Of a stretch of 64,000 nucleotides of DNA, positions 1-10,320 are shown piece by piece (the stretch's first letter is position 1; the number at the start of each line of letters is the position of its first letter). The notes beneath the pieces were generated by a model that was not told the origin of the DNA, did no database searches, and saw only the letters and a list, made by a program, of their open reading frames with translations. A program made the translations under genes and the position numbers. Origin of the DNA: Bryobacterales bacterium (lineage in GTDB: Bacteria; Acidobacteriota; Terriglobia; Bryobacterales; UBA6623); assembly GCA_965226385.1 (NCBI GenBank), contig OZ245359.1, positions 3,090,545 to 3,154,544 of the forward strand, given 5' to 3'.

Positions 1-279
1 TGTCACGTGGTTCTTGTGACTGTACTGGCCAGTCAGCAGTGTCGCCCTGCTTGGGGTACAGATCGAGTTTGTGCAAAAAGCATTCTCAAAAAGCATCCCT
101 TCCTGCGCCAGTTTGTCCAGGTTGGGAGTCGGATCCAATGTGGCAAGCCGACCGCCATAGGCACCCAGAGCATGGGCGGCGTGGTCATCCGACATGATGA
201 ACAGAATGTTTGGTTTATCAGCCGCAAGAAGTGGGCTTGAGATGCAAAGAACTACAAGTAAGCGAATCCAATTGTGCAT
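1..279 (-). CDS. Sulfatase (formylglycine-dependent), N-terminal part; 3' end runs off the window
   Basis: Not in the ORF track because no stop lies in the window. Reverse translation from ATG at 279 gives [36 protein letters not shown]...[23 protein letters not shown]. This shows a signal peptide and the C-x-P-S-R sulfatase signature. Confidence 0.85.
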   Translation of the reverse strand, partial: MHNWIRLLVVLCISSPLLAADKPNILFIMSDDHAAHALGAYGGRLATLDPTPNLDKLAQEGMLFENAFCTNSICTPSRATLLTGQYSHKNHVT

Positions 280-316
280 GCTGGCTTCGCCTTAAAGAGT
301 ATACTGTTGGGGTTCC

Positions 317-1780
317 GTGATGCGACTCCAGATGCTGATTCCCGCCTTGTTCATGGCAGGCATAATACAAGCTGAACAGCCCAATGTCCTGCTGCTGTTT
401 GCAGACGATCAGAGACCGGACACCATTGCAGCCCACGGCAATCCCTACGTTCGTACTCCCAACATAGACAGGATTGCAGCAGGAGGCTACAGTTTTCGGC
501 GAGCCTACTGCCTGGGGGCCCAGGGTGGTGCAGTTTGTGTTCCAAGTCGGGCAATGTTGAATACCGGCAAAAGCTTCTTTCGGATCTCCATGGATATGGA
601 AGGTGAGACTACGCTTGGCGAACTGCTGGGACAGAATGGATTCAGCACCTTTGCAACAGGTAAATGGCACAACGGAGAACCTTCCTGGCTGCGGAGTTTC
701 CAACAAGGGAAAAACATCATGTTCGGAGGGATGTCGAATCATGTGAAAGTCCCGATTGTTGATCTGGGAGAGGACGGCAAGCTGACCAGCAAGAGAGAGG
801 GGGTCCGATTCTCAAGCTCCCTGTTTGCTGATGCTGCAATCGAGTTTTTACGCAACTACAAGGAAGAGAACCCGTTTTTTGCCTACGTGGCCTTCACTGC
901 TCCACATGACCCGCGGAATCCGCCGCCCCGCTATCGCCGGATGTACTACCGCAACAGGCCTCCGCTGCCGCCCAATTTTGCACCGCAACACCCGTTCAAC
1001 AATGGGCACATGACTGGCAGGGATGAGAGTTTGGGACCATGGCCCCGAACGAAGGAGATCGTCCATGATCAACTTGCGGAGTACTACGGGTTGATCACGC
1101 ATCTCGACAGTCAAGTCGGGCGCATCCTGCATGAACTTCAATCTGGACCACATGCGAAAAACACCATCGTGATTTACGCAGCGGATCATGGGCTTGCTGT
1201 TGGCAGCCATGGTTTGCTGGGCAAGCAGAACCTGTACGAGCACTCCATGGGTACACCCTTGATCTTCCAGGGACCTGGCATACCGGCCGGTAGCGAATCA
1301 AACGCGTTCTGTTACCTGCTAGATATCTACCCGACTCTCTGTTCACTGCTGGGAGTAGAGATGCCAGATGGAATTGATGGGCAGGATCTCTCGCCGATCT
1401 GGAGAGGGGAACCAACAATGTTGAGAGACTCACTGTTCACCTCGTTCCGTGACTTGATGAAGTCGGTCCGGGATGAACGCTGGAAGTTGATTCGCTATCC
1501 CAAAATTGATCACACGCAGCTATTTGATCTTGAAATGGATCCTCACGAGATGAATAATCTTGCTGCTGAAACGAGCCAGCAGGATCGTATCAAGGAAATG
1601 CTGGAGATGATGCAGCAATGGCAGCAGAGGGTAGGGGATGACGACCCCTTGAGTGTTCCCAATCCAATGGCGAAAGAGATTGATCTCAGTGGGCACGAGA
1701 GGGTGCGTGATCAATGGCAACCGGACTGGATCTTCGATAAGTACTTCGAAGAGCCTTACGGCAAACTTTCCACGCGTTGA
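317..1780 (+). CDS. Sulfatase family protein, secreted
   Basis: 487-aa ORF. It has an N-terminal hydrophobic signal, PNVLLLFADDQRPD and the CVPSRAMLNTG (C-x-P-x-R) motif, and a later AADHGLAVGSHGL block typical of arylsulfatases. Confidence 0.9.
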   Translation: MMRLQMLIPALFMAGIIQAEQPNVLLLFADDQRPDTIAAHGNPYVRTPNIDRIAAGGYSFRRAYCLGAQGGAVCVPSRAMLNTGKSFFRISMDMEGETTLGELLGQNGFSTFATGKWHNGEPSWLRSFQQGKNIMFGGMSNHVKVPIVDLGEDGKLTSKREGVRFSSSLFADAAIEFLRNYKEENPFFAYVAFTAPHDPRNPPPRYRRMYYRNRPPLPPNFAPQHPFNNGHMTGRDESLGPWPRTKEIVHDQLAEYYGLITHLDSQVGRILHELQSGPHAKNTIVIYAADHGLAVGSHGLLGKQNLYEHSMGTPLIFQGPGIPAGSESNAFCYLLDIYPTLCSLLGVEMPDGIDGQDLSPIWRGEPTMLRDSLFTSFRDLMKSVRDERWKLIRYPKIDHTQLFDLEMDPHEMNNLAAETSQQDRIKEMLEMMQQWQQRVGDDDPLSVPNPMAKEIDLSGHERVRDQWQPDWIFDKYFEEPYGKLSTR

Positions 1781-2092
1781 GTCCCAGGAACTACTGAACG
1801 AGTAAATTCGTTCCATTCCTGCCTGTTGAGTTCGCGCCCCCCGCCTTTGGTCGGAATCCACCCCACTGCTTGAAGAAGAAAGCAACACTCGTTCAGTGCA
1901 TTGCACCCTCCTCTGCCTGGATGCATCGGCAGTGCATGCAGGCCACTTTCGGCAACGACGCTTACCCCCGAAGACAGGGTGGAAAGAAGAGGCAGTTTAC
2001 AACTCTGTTACTCAAATCCGGTATTATTACTCACCGTGTTGAGTGCAGCCAACTGGGATTTCACTGTCGAAGAGTTTTAGCTCAGAGACAGG

Positions 2093-2314
2093 TTATAACT
2101 GCTCGTAGCATTTTCGGGAAGCGGTGCAGGTATCCTCGTCAACAATATCTCCGTCCGGGCCAATAGGTTTTTGGGTGCGGTCACACCAGTAGATACGAGT
2201 GTTTGACAGTTGCACCGTGGGATCATCGTCTGCGTCGATATACATCCCCTTCCAGCGAATATCGCTGCAGCGGTTGGTTAGGATTTTCAGGCCTGCGCCT
2301 CTGTTGCGGGACAT
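2093..2314 (-). CDS. Small Cys-containing hypothetical protein downstream of the Mo-enzyme operon
   Basis: The ORF likely starts at the internal Met (MSRNRGAGLKILTNRCSDIRWKGMYIDADDDPTVQ...CTASRKCYE). It resembles a small conserved hypothetical family I recall from PVC/Acidobacteria genomes. Function is unknown. Confidence 0.4.
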   Translation of the reverse strand: MSRNRGAGLKILTNRCSDIRWKGMYIDADDDPTVQLSNTRIYWCDRTQKPIGPDGDIVDEDTCTASRKCYEQL

Positions 2315-2444
2315 AATTATCTTCCTGATGGCTAAACTCAATGCTCAACCCGAAGGGAATCAGGCGAATGCCAAACACCTTGGCCATTCCAACGGAGCGA
2401 CTCCAGCGTACCGCTGATTCACCTTTCCCGATAATAACTGCTGC

Positions 2445-3413
2445 TTAACTGGCCTCCAGCAGAGCCCGTTTCACCGCAATGCTGGCGAGCTGAACCTTGG
2501 CCATGTTCTGGCTCAGTGGGGTGGCCGCCGAAACGGCAGCTTTCCCTGCAGTCATCGCAGTATCCTCGCTCATGCTTTTGCCCTTGAGAGCCATTTCTGC
2601 TTCCGATGAACGCCATGGGGTCGGAGCGACATGGCCCATCACAACCCTGGCATCGGAGATGTTCTTTCCGTCCTCGCGATAAGCAACTGACGCGGTCACA
2701 AGTGGCCAGTCAAGCAATCGGCGCTGTCGTACTTCGTACGTCGCAGTCATCCAGCCGGAAGCTGAAGGAACCATGATTTCGGTTACAATTTCGTTGGGCT
2801 GCAGTGTAGTCTCACGATCAGATTCACCAGAAGGTATCTGGTAAAGGTCTGCGACCGCAATCTCGCGTTCACCATCCGGGCCGACAACCGTGACCTTGGC
2901 ATCCAGTGTAATCAGTGCAGGTGCGAAACTCGATGCACTGACGAAGTACGCAGGACCCTTGTTGCCGAAAATCGCATGGTAGCGGTTTTCACCGTTTGGA
3001 ACGAGTGATTTGCCTTCATGCATGGCCAACAGGCCATGACCGTTACGGTAGTACCAGCAGCGTGGACGCTGTAACAGGTCACCGACAACGGTTCCCATGG
3101 AGCGGACCTGTGGGGCTGAAATGCCCATGCTTGCCTGAATCAGTGAGTTGTACGATGCAACCATCTTGGAAGAAAGCAACTCTTCGACAGTAGCCATTGC
3201 ACCAATGCGGATTCCACTGCCATTTTTCGAGATGCCCTTGAGCTCACTGATGTTGCGAAGACTGACCACCCGTGTAGGAGTTTCAGTGCGCTCCTTCATG
3301 AGGCTCAGCAGATCCGTACCACCGGCCAGTATTACTGATTTTCCAGCATCCGGGCTAAGTGACTGGGTCGCCACTTTGGTGTCTGTGGGAGCAAAATATT
3401 CGAAGTTATTCAT
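2445..3413 (-). CDS. Molybdopterin dehydrogenase FAD-binding subunit (CoxM/PaoB-like)
   Basis: 322 aa. The N-terminus FEYFAPTD...VILAGGTDLLSLMKERTETP matches the FAD-binding domain of xanthine dehydrogenase family enzymes. It sits in an operon with the Moco and 2Fe-2S subunits. Confidence 0.9.
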   Translation of the reverse strand: MNNFEYFAPTDTKVATQSLSPDAGKSVILAGGTDLLSLMKERTETPTRVVSLRNISELKGISKNGSGIRIGAMATVEELLSSKMVASYNSLIQASMGISAPQVRSMGTVVGDLLQRPRCWYYRNGHGLLAMHEGKSLVPNGENRYHAIFGNKGPAYFVSASSFAPALITLDAKVTVVGPDGEREIAVADLYQIPSGESDRETTLQPNEIVTEIMVPSASGWMTATYEVRQRRLLDWPLVTASVAYREDGKNISDARVVMGHVAPTPWRSSEAEMALKGKSMSEDTAMTAGKAAVSAATPLSQNMAKVQLASIAVKRALLEAS

Positions 3414-3432
3414 GGTTTTTCCTTAACCCCTT

Positions 3433-5595
3433 CTATGCTTCCTGCAATGCAGCCAGAATTCGGTCTGGCGTCATAGGTAACGTAGGCACACGAACACCGA
3501 TGGCATTCGCAACAGCATTTGAAATGGCAGCACCTGGTGAAATTGCCGGAGGTTCACCAATGCCGATGACCCCGCGGTCATCGTACATGTTCTGAACCAT
3601 ATGCACTTCCATCTCGCCAATGTCGGCCGCACCGGAGAGCTTGTAGAACTCCATGTCGGCGTTGAGCATCTTGCCAGTGGTCTGATCGTAGACAGACTCT
3701 TCGTACAGTGCCCAGGCAACGCCCTGAATGAGAGCTCCGTAGACCTGGCTCTCGCTCTGCTTGAGGCAGACGACAAGTCCGACATCCTGAACAGCCGTGA
3801 TCTTGTTGATCGTCACAACACCGGTCTCGATATCCACTGAAACATCGGCCATCTGAACGCCTCCGACTCCGGAATCGTTCAACTTGCCTCCATCAGGATC
3901 AGGCTGTTTGCCCTGTCCTGAAATAGTGCGAGTACCGAGTTTCTTGCAGGCATCCATCCAACTCACGGACTTTGAGGCATCTGACTTCGAACTGATCATG
4001 TGATTCCTGGCCACCAGGTCGTCGGCTTCGACGCCCATTGACTCGGCCACGACCGATTTGAGTTCCTCTAGTGCATTGACACTGGCTCGACGCGTCGAGG
4101 CGGTTGTGCCTCCAACAGTTGTTGAGCCGCCTGAGGCACCGGAGACCGGTAATTTCGAGCTACCGATATTGACCGTGATGTCCGCAATGTCCAGTCCAAA
4201 GGTTTCAGCAGCTATAACCGAGAGGGTTGTATATGTACCAACACCGAGATCCTGGCTGGCAAGATTCACAGAAACCCCACCGTCAGGTGCAACGCGGACT
4301 TCGCACGTGGAATCGTGCGGACGTCCACCCCAGGTATGCAGGGACATTCCAAGACCGCGCTTGTCAACTCCGGAACCGGAGTCACCCCGCTTGTGCCAGT
4401 TCGTCTTCCAGTCAATCATCTCTGCGCACTTGTCGATCTCGTAACGGTAGACCTCCGGGCGTGCAGTCAGATCGGCGTTCTTTTTGAAGAAGTCGACAGG
4501 ATCCATGTCCAGCTTGGCCGCTAGATCATCCAGCGGACACATGGTCAGGATGGCTGCCTGTGGGTGATTGGGTGCTCGCCAGGCGCGGGCAGGACCCATG
4601 TTCGTGGAAACACTCAGGTGCCTGGCCTTTTGAGCCAGACGTTCCTCATTGTTATAGACATATGGCAACGGAGGGCTGCCTCGCCCGGCAACTCCACCTG
4701 TGGACCAGGATTCGGACTGATAGGCGATCAGCGTGCCGTCCTTCTTGGCACCGACCTTGATATTTCCATAATCCGCGGGCCGTGAGCCAGCAATCATCAA
4801 CTCTTCATCGCGATCCAGCATCAACTTGACGGGCTTGCCGGTTTTCTTGGAGAGTTGAGCGCAGACGATTCCCCAGGAATCGACATTGAACTTCGATCCG
4901 AAGCCGCCACCCATATAAGGAGTGATACATTCGATCTGTTCTGCCTGGACGGTTCCGATCGACTCGTCGCGGGAAAGCCCCCTGGCGAGATCTGCTGGAA
5001 TGCGTGCAACTGCCTGTGTGGAGGCGTAGATCTTGATGTCATCTCCAGTCCAGTCCACGACCTGGCCGTGCGGCTCAAGGCAGCAATGGGTGATGACACC
5101 CAGTCCGTAATACCCTTCGTGAGTGGTGTCGGCACTGTTCCATGTCTCTTCGAAGTCAGGCCCCTTGGTGTCATCCTTGGCAGGTTTGACACGGTTGGCC
5201 TCGCCAGCTTTCTTGACGTCTTCAGCCTTGAGCCAGTGTGGAAGCTGTTCAAAGTGCACCGTGACAGCGGCAGCAGCTTCGCGGGCATGCTCTTCCGTAT
5301 CAGCACAGATTGCAAGAATCTCAGTACCAGCCCACTGGACTTCGTCCCCGGGATTCATGATGTTCTCATGACCCTTGTAGCCGCTGACTTTCTCAGCTGT
5401 GCTCGTATCAATGGCAACGATGCGTCCGTGGGCAACATTTGATGTCACCAGACGGGCGAATAGCATGCCGTCGAGGTTGCGGTCATAGGAATACTTGGCA
5501 AGGCCTCGGGCCTTGGCGGGACCGTCTACACGGTCATGTCTTTTGCCGATCAGGCTGCGGTCTTCTACAGCTGGCCAATCATATTTCGTAGCCAT
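3433..5595 (-). CDS. Xanthine dehydrogenase/aldehyde oxidase family molybdopterin-binding large subunit (PaoC-like)
   Basis: 720 aa with aldehyde oxidase/xanthine dehydrogenase a/b hammerhead and Moco-binding blocks (GGGFGSK, AWRAPNHPQA, GIGEPP). Confidence 0.9.
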   Translation of the reverse strand: MATKYDWPAVEDRSLIGKRHDRVDGPAKARGLAKYSYDRNLDGMLFARLVTSNVAHGRIVAIDTSTAEKVSGYKGHENIMNPGDEVQWAGTEILAICADTEEHAREAAAAVTVHFEQLPHWLKAEDVKKAGEANRVKPAKDDTKGPDFEETWNSADTTHEGYYGLGVITHCCLEPHGQVVDWTGDDIKIYASTQAVARIPADLARGLSRDESIGTVQAEQIECITPYMGGGFGSKFNVDSWGIVCAQLSKKTGKPVKLMLDRDEELMIAGSRPADYGNIKVGAKKDGTLIAYQSESWSTGGVAGRGSPPLPYVYNNEERLAQKARHLSVSTNMGPARAWRAPNHPQAAILTMCPLDDLAAKLDMDPVDFFKKNADLTARPEVYRYEIDKCAEMIDWKTNWHKRGDSGSGVDKRGLGMSLHTWGGRPHDSTCEVRVAPDGGVSVNLASQDLGVGTYTTLSVIAAETFGLDIADITVNIGSSKLPVSGASGGSTTVGGTTASTRRASVNALEELKSVVAESMGVEADDLVARNHMISSKSDASKSVSWMDACKKLGTRTISGQGKQPDPDGGKLNDSGVGGVQMADVSVDIETGVVTINKITAVQDVGLVVCLKQSESQVYGALIQGVAWALYEESVYDQTTGKMLNADMEFYKLSGAADIGEMEVHMVQNMYDDRGVIGIGEPPAISPGAAISNAVANAIGVRVPTLPMTPDRILAALQEA

Positions 5596-6236
5596 TATGC
5601 ACTCCCCATTCTGGCCGCTTCATAAACGGCTTTGCGGACACCAACATACGTCCCGCAGCGACAGATGTTGCCGCACAACCCTGCTTCAACCTGATCCATG
5701 GTTGGTTGCGGATTGTTGTCGATAATTGCCTTGCCTGCCATCACTATGCCAGGAGTGCAGAACCCGCATTGCTGAGCATCGTGCTCGACAAACTTCTCCT
5801 GGACAGGGTGCATCCTGTCGTCAGTAGAAATCCCTTCGATAGTTTCGATCCTGCGTCCCTGGGACTCAATTGCCAGCATCGTGCAGGAGTATGCGGGCGA
5901 ACCGTCGACAATCACTGTGCAGGCACCACAGGTTGCCCTGTCACAAACTTTTTTGGCACCGGTGTGGTCGAGTTGGTTGCGTAGTGCATCAATCAATGTC
6001 ACACGCGGCTCAACCATGAGTTTGTGGTTTTCCCCGTTGATATTGAGCGTGATGGAGACAGGGCCGGGACCGAGTGGTTCGTGATGTTCTGCCTTGACCA
6101 CAGCGGGTGATGCCAGAGTACCGACAGCACCAGCTCCAATACCAACACCTTCAAAGAAGGTTCGCCGGGAAAAGCCTTTCTGTGTTTTTTGTTCGGGCCT
6201 CACAGTAGGCCCATCATGTGGGTTGTTAAAACTCAC
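5595..6236 (-). CDS. (2Fe-2S)-binding small subunit with twin-arginine signal (PaoA-like)
   Basis: 213 aa. The Tat motif is FSRRTFFEGVGIGAGAV. The Cys clusters CDRATCGACTV and CGFCTPG...CRCGTY are typical of two [2Fe-2S] centres. The stop overlaps the start of the large subunit. Confidence 0.9.
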   Translation of the reverse strand: MSFNNPHDGPTVRPEQKTQKGFSRRTFFEGVGIGAGAVGTLASPAVVKAEHHEPLGPGPVSITLNINGENHKLMVEPRVTLIDALRNQLDHTGAKKVCDRATCGACTVIVDGSPAYSCTMLAIESQGRRIETIEGISTDDRMHPVQEKFVEHDAQQCGFCTPGIVMAGKAIIDNNPQPTMDQVEAGLCGNICRCGTYVGVRKAVYEAARMGSA

Positions 6237-6368
6237 CTGGGTCTCTCCTTTATCAAGAGTTGCTTGGTGCAGTTAGGATAGTACCCAAACCACATATCAA
6301 GCTTGTGCACATAGAGAATACATCATATCGGATCCTACTGCAATGATATTGTGAACGGATTGTTGGAT

Positions 6369-7745
6369 TTAAGGCAACATGCGGATTGAATGCACGCGGA
6401 TGTCCTGTGTGATGTGATCCAGTAACCTGTCTCCGGAAACCAGCCGTCCGAAGTTCACATAGCGACTATCTGCAAGTGGCAGTGCTGTTTGGCAGAGAAA
6501 GAACTCCCAGGCTGATGCCGAATCGCCCCGTTGCAGCAGGCCGACACTGCCTCTCAAAAAAGGTAGAGGATTCAATTCCGGACGTATCAGATCCAGCCCT
6601 GCACTTGCCAGTGCGTAGCCGTTTGGACGTACAGTTGTGAACCGGATACCGTCAAAGGCTCCCTGTATGGCTCTCTGTCGAAAGTGTTCTGCAGTGAGAG
6701 GGGCATGTTCGTAGTCAAGCTTGATCTCGAAATCTCCAAGCGAAGTGCTCATGAGCAGGTAGCTCCCGAGGGTCCGTGCAATCTGCTGGTAGTCAACCGC
6801 CTTCACAGGAAGATTATTGGTTTGTATCGAATTGTCTGGCAGCAGGGGCGGCTCCCCTGTCGGCAGGTCATGAATCTTTGCTGCTCCCAGCAGCACATTG
6901 CGGGTATATTCAGCTTCGAAGCGAACCTTGGGGTCCTTGTGGTCAAGACTTTTACTAATCTTCTCGATGAGTGCAGTGCCGGGTGATCTGGCGGCAGCGG
7001 ATCTGACAGCAACCGCACGGACGTAGTCATTGTCGTCAGTTAAAAGCCTTTCAAGGCGTTTCCATACAGCGGGGCTGTTAAGGAGTTTTAGTTCATCAGC
7101 AGCCAATGCAGCTGCCCAACGGCTGTCCTGGTCATCGGAATCAAGATATTCGGTTATAAATGCATGTTGTTCGTTTGCCTGCATGCGAATCAGTGCTGTC
7201 ATGGTCGTCACTATCGGAGCAGGGGATTGAGTGACCCTCACGGCAGCCTCTCTCAACTGCATCTTTCCCAGTGCCTCGACAGCCCGTGTAACCACGATGC
7301 GGTCTCCGTCTTCAAGAAGGGTTAAGAGGGCGTCTGCTGCTCCAAGGTTTGGATTGTTCCCACTACGGACATCCAGTAGCACCCCGATGGAAAAAGCAGC
7401 CTGTGCCCGAACGGAGGGTGCGGGATCAATTGTGGCTTCCCCGAGACGCTGCAAGGCGGCGGTACCCTGTATGCGAGCCAGTGCAAGATAAGCCCGAGCG
7501 CGTAGTTCGGCGATCGGATTGCTCAGCTGGTCTATGAGCCAGTCATCAAAGAGTAATTGATCTTCTCGTTTGAGGAAATCCCCTTCGGTCCTGTGAACCG
7601 GGCGGGTTAGCAACAGCCAAATCGCAGCGGTTGCAAGCAGCAGCATGCAAGCAAAAAGCATGTAGCCTGCGGTTCGGGGCCAGCCTTCGAATGCGGTTTC
7701 GTTCCGCTTCGGGGTTTGATCGTCCCTGCTGTGCCAGTCAATCAT
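6369..7745 (-). CDS. Membrane-anchored HEAT-repeat protein fused to a cyclophilin-type peptidyl-prolyl isomerase domain
   Basis: 458 aa. One N-terminal TM helix (YMLFACMLLLATAAIWLLL) is followed by repeated PxVRxxAxxALG-like HEAT units. The C-terminus (TSLGDFEIKLDYEHAPLTAEHFRQ...GSVGLLQRG...FFLC) is cyclophilin-like. Confidence 0.7.
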   Translation of the reverse strand: MIDWHSRDDQTPKRNETAFEGWPRTAGYMLFACMLLLATAAIWLLLTRPVHRTEGDFLKREDQLLFDDWLIDQLSNPIAELRARAYLALARIQGTAALQRLGEATIDPAPSVRAQAAFSIGVLLDVRSGNNPNLGAADALLTLLEDGDRIVVTRAVEALGKMQLREAAVRVTQSPAPIVTTMTALIRMQANEQHAFITEYLDSDDQDSRWAAALAADELKLLNSPAVWKRLERLLTDDNDYVRAVAVRSAAARSPGTALIEKISKSLDHKDPKVRFEAEYTRNVLLGAAKIHDLPTGEPPLLPDNSIQTNNLPVKAVDYQQIARTLGSYLLMSTSLGDFEIKLDYEHAPLTAEHFRQRAIQGAFDGIRFTTVRPNGYALASAGLDLIRPELNPLPFLRGSVGLLQRGDSASAWEFFLCQTALPLADSRYVNFGRLVSGDRLLDHITQDIRVHSIRMLP

Positions 7746-7793
7746 GAAATTGCATTGTGAAAATTCACCGTCATCAAAGAGTTCCCCAATGTA

Positions 7794-8123
7794 TTGCTAA
7801 GCTTGCCGATGATGGTCGATGGAATGGAGCGGCTTGCTGCCATTCGGCAGGAACTGAAAAAATACTCGCACCCCTTGCTGAAGTTCGATGTGAGGGAAAC
7901 GGAAGCAGGTCGTATTGAGCTGGTGATTGATCTCAAGGATAAGCCTGCCAACATCCATACATACTACTTGGAAATACATCCAAGGGACCTTGCTCATGCC
8001 CAGTTCCGTTGGATATTGCAGCGGATGATCTTTGAGGGGCTACATGACTATTTTGTCGAGATGTTCGAATACACCCCTCAGAGCCTCGACAACCCTGCAG
8101 GTCCTTACGAACTCAAGCGCTAG
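7794..8123 (+). CDS. Hypothetical protein
   Basis: 109-aa ORF in an otherwise empty intergenic gap. I recognise no motif and the start is uncertain. Confidence 0.35.
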   Translation: MLSLPMMVDGMERLAAIRQELKKYSHPLLKFDVRETEAGRIELVIDLKDKPANIHTYYLEIHPRDLAHAQFRWILQRMIFEGLHDYFVEMFEYTPQSLDNPAGPYELKR

Positions 8124-8210
8124 GTCCGGATCCTTCTGCAGCAGCCCAGTTTTCAGGAATGGTGTTCACGCCTTCCCTGTTCTTGTGGTTGCAGGTACTC
8201 TTGCGAACCT

Positions 8211-9641
8211 TCACGTTTCTATTTGGTCATAACGGTTTGGTGCTTCCGTTTCGATCAGGAGGCAGTCCAACTCTGAGGAGAGTTCGGCCTTAGTAGCGTC
8301 AAAGCTAGGATTCTTGATCACGTTCCGGATCTCGTAAGGATCAGTTGCCAAGTCATAGAGCTCGTCCATCCCCTCGATGTCGATATATCGGATGTACTTC
8401 CAGCGCTCCGTCCGAACGGCCTGATAGCCCATATTCACCATGCGCGGCCAAACGGCATCCGAGAAGTACTCGATCAGCACCGACGCCCGCCAATCCGATG
8501 GGACGGCACCCTCAAGCAGAGGAACCAGGGAGCGTCCGTGAAACTTGGCGGGCGGCGGTTCGACCCCGGCCAGTTCCAGGAGTGTAGGGGCCAGGTCGAC
8601 GCTGAGAGCGAAGGCGTCCATCTCGGCCCAGGCGGCAACCCTCCCCGGCCATCGGACTACTAACGGGACGCGGATGCTCTCCTCGTAGGCCAGGCGCCGT
8701 TCTTCGTTCAGGCCGTGCTCTCCGTAGAAATACCCGTGGTCGCTCGTCAATACGATAACGGTGTTGTCGATCTGCCCGGTTTCCTCAAGAGCATCGAGGA
8801 TTCCGCCAAAGGCTTCGTCTGCAGCTGTCAGAATGCGCAAACGGTTCCGAATCACGTGATCGGGCGTCCCCGTAGACGGCCCCAGTGGCGGAACGCCAGC
8901 AATTGGCCGCTGCAACGCACTCTTACCCTCCCCATATGAGGAGGCGTTTGGTCGGCGACGAATCGGCTCGTCCTCGTACAGGTGTGCGAGTTTCTCGGGA
9001 GGTGTGAACCCGCCGTCGTCTGGAATCGAATTAATGCTGCCATCTGCGTCCTGGAAGAGATTTGGATGGACCGCCTTGTGGGATAGGTACACCAAGAATG
9101 GTCGGTCACGCTCGCGTCTGATGAATTCAGCAGCACGTTTTGAAAGGATGTCCGTGGCATAGCCCCTGAGTGTGCACAGCTCGCCGTTGTCGTTCACGTC
9201 AGGATCGAAGTAATTGCCTTGACCTCGGAAGCTGAGCCATTCGTTGAAACCGGGTCGGCGCGTGTCGTCGAGGCCCATATGCCATTTACCGATGAAGGCT
9301 GTGTCATAGCCGGAACGGTTGAGTACCAGGGGGAATGTGGCGAGCCGGTGTGACTGCTCACTACGGTCACGGTTGTCGGTGATTCCATGAGTGTGAGCGT
9401 ACTGGCCCGTCAAGATACAAGCCCGATTAGGAGAACAGAGCGGGATCGGGGCGAAGGCGTTAGCGAACCGCATCCCTTCCTTCGCGATGCGATCGAAGTT
9501 GGGGGTCTCGACGAACGGATGGCCGGCGAAGCCCAAATCGTCGAATCGGACGTCATCCATCACGACAACGAGTATGTTTGGTCGCGACACGGGCGAGGGC
9601 CCCCCTGTCTGTGGCGAATACTTGGACTTTGATGAATTCAT
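8211..9641 (-). CDS. Sulfatase family protein
   Basis: 476 aa with PNILVVVMDDVRFDD and the CSPNRACILTGQYAHTHG (C-x-P-x-R) signature, plus a later LTSDHGYFYGEHGL block. Confidence 0.9.
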   Translation of the reverse strand: MNSSKSKYSPQTGGPSPVSRPNILVVVMDDVRFDDLGFAGHPFVETPNFDRIAKEGMRFANAFAPIPLCSPNRACILTGQYAHTHGITDNRDRSEQSHRLATFPLVLNRSGYDTAFIGKWHMGLDDTRRPGFNEWLSFRGQGNYFDPDVNDNGELCTLRGYATDILSKRAAEFIRRERDRPFLVYLSHKAVHPNLFQDADGSINSIPDDGGFTPPEKLAHLYEDEPIRRRPNASSYGEGKSALQRPIAGVPPLGPSTGTPDHVIRNRLRILTAADEAFGGILDALEETGQIDNTVIVLTSDHGYFYGEHGLNEERRLAYEESIRVPLVVRWPGRVAAWAEMDAFALSVDLAPTLLELAGVEPPPAKFHGRSLVPLLEGAVPSDWRASVLIEYFSDAVWPRMVNMGYQAVRTERWKYIRYIDIEGMDELYDLATDPYEIRNVIKNPSFDATKAELSSELDCLLIETEAPNRYDQIET

Positions 9642-9914
9642 GGGCTTTGTGCTAGGTGCTTCCCAGTCGGCTATCTACGAACCCGCTCAATGCAAGGCCG
9701 TTAGTTGAACCCTGCGGATTACAGGTAACTGGCATCGACAGACGCTTCTATGCGGGTGATTCTCATAGTGCCAGAAACCGCCATCGCTTCTGATAACGTC
9801 CTCCTCCAGACGAAGATTCGCTCCCATTGGTTTGCCGGTAACACGATCTTCTGGATGAGCGCAGTCGGAACATCGCCCAGAGGCAGACAGTAGGATGATA
9901 CACTCGCTCGGATT

Positions 9915-10313
9915 ATGCCCGTCCGCCTGATATTGCTCGCCTTACTGACCCTTCCTGTATCGTAGGCGCATGTCCAGGAAAACGTCATCTACACCATGCG
10001 TGGCGGACTCGGGATGCTGATGGACGTGCATTACCCGGACCGGGTCCAACGGATTCGGCATCGTCTTCATTCCCGGCAGCGGTTGGCACGCACCGCTGAG
10101 CTATGACGCAGCGCCGCTCAAGACATCCTGGTTCGCCAAGCTCTACGTCCCGCCGTTGACGGCTGTGGGCTTCACCGTGTTCGACAGCAACCACTGGGCT
10201 GCACCGCGCTATCCTTATCCGGCTCCCCTCGACGATGCGTAGCAGGCTGTTAGATTCGTTCGTCGACATGCCGAGCGTCTCGGGATCCGCTGTGACCGGA
10301 TTGGTAGCTCCTT
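9915..10313 (+). pseudogene. Alpha/beta-hydrolase (esterase/lipase-like) remnant
   Basis: The signal-like start is MPVRLILLALLTLPVS, then an in-frame TAG at 9963-9965. The frame changes near 10045, after which it reads NGFGIVFIPGSGWHAPL...AAPRYPYPAPLDDA. A second TAG lies at 10240-10242, followed by QAVRFVRRHAERLGI. The 3' end is replaced at about 10313. Confidence 0.6.
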
Positions 10314-10320
10314 ATTACGT

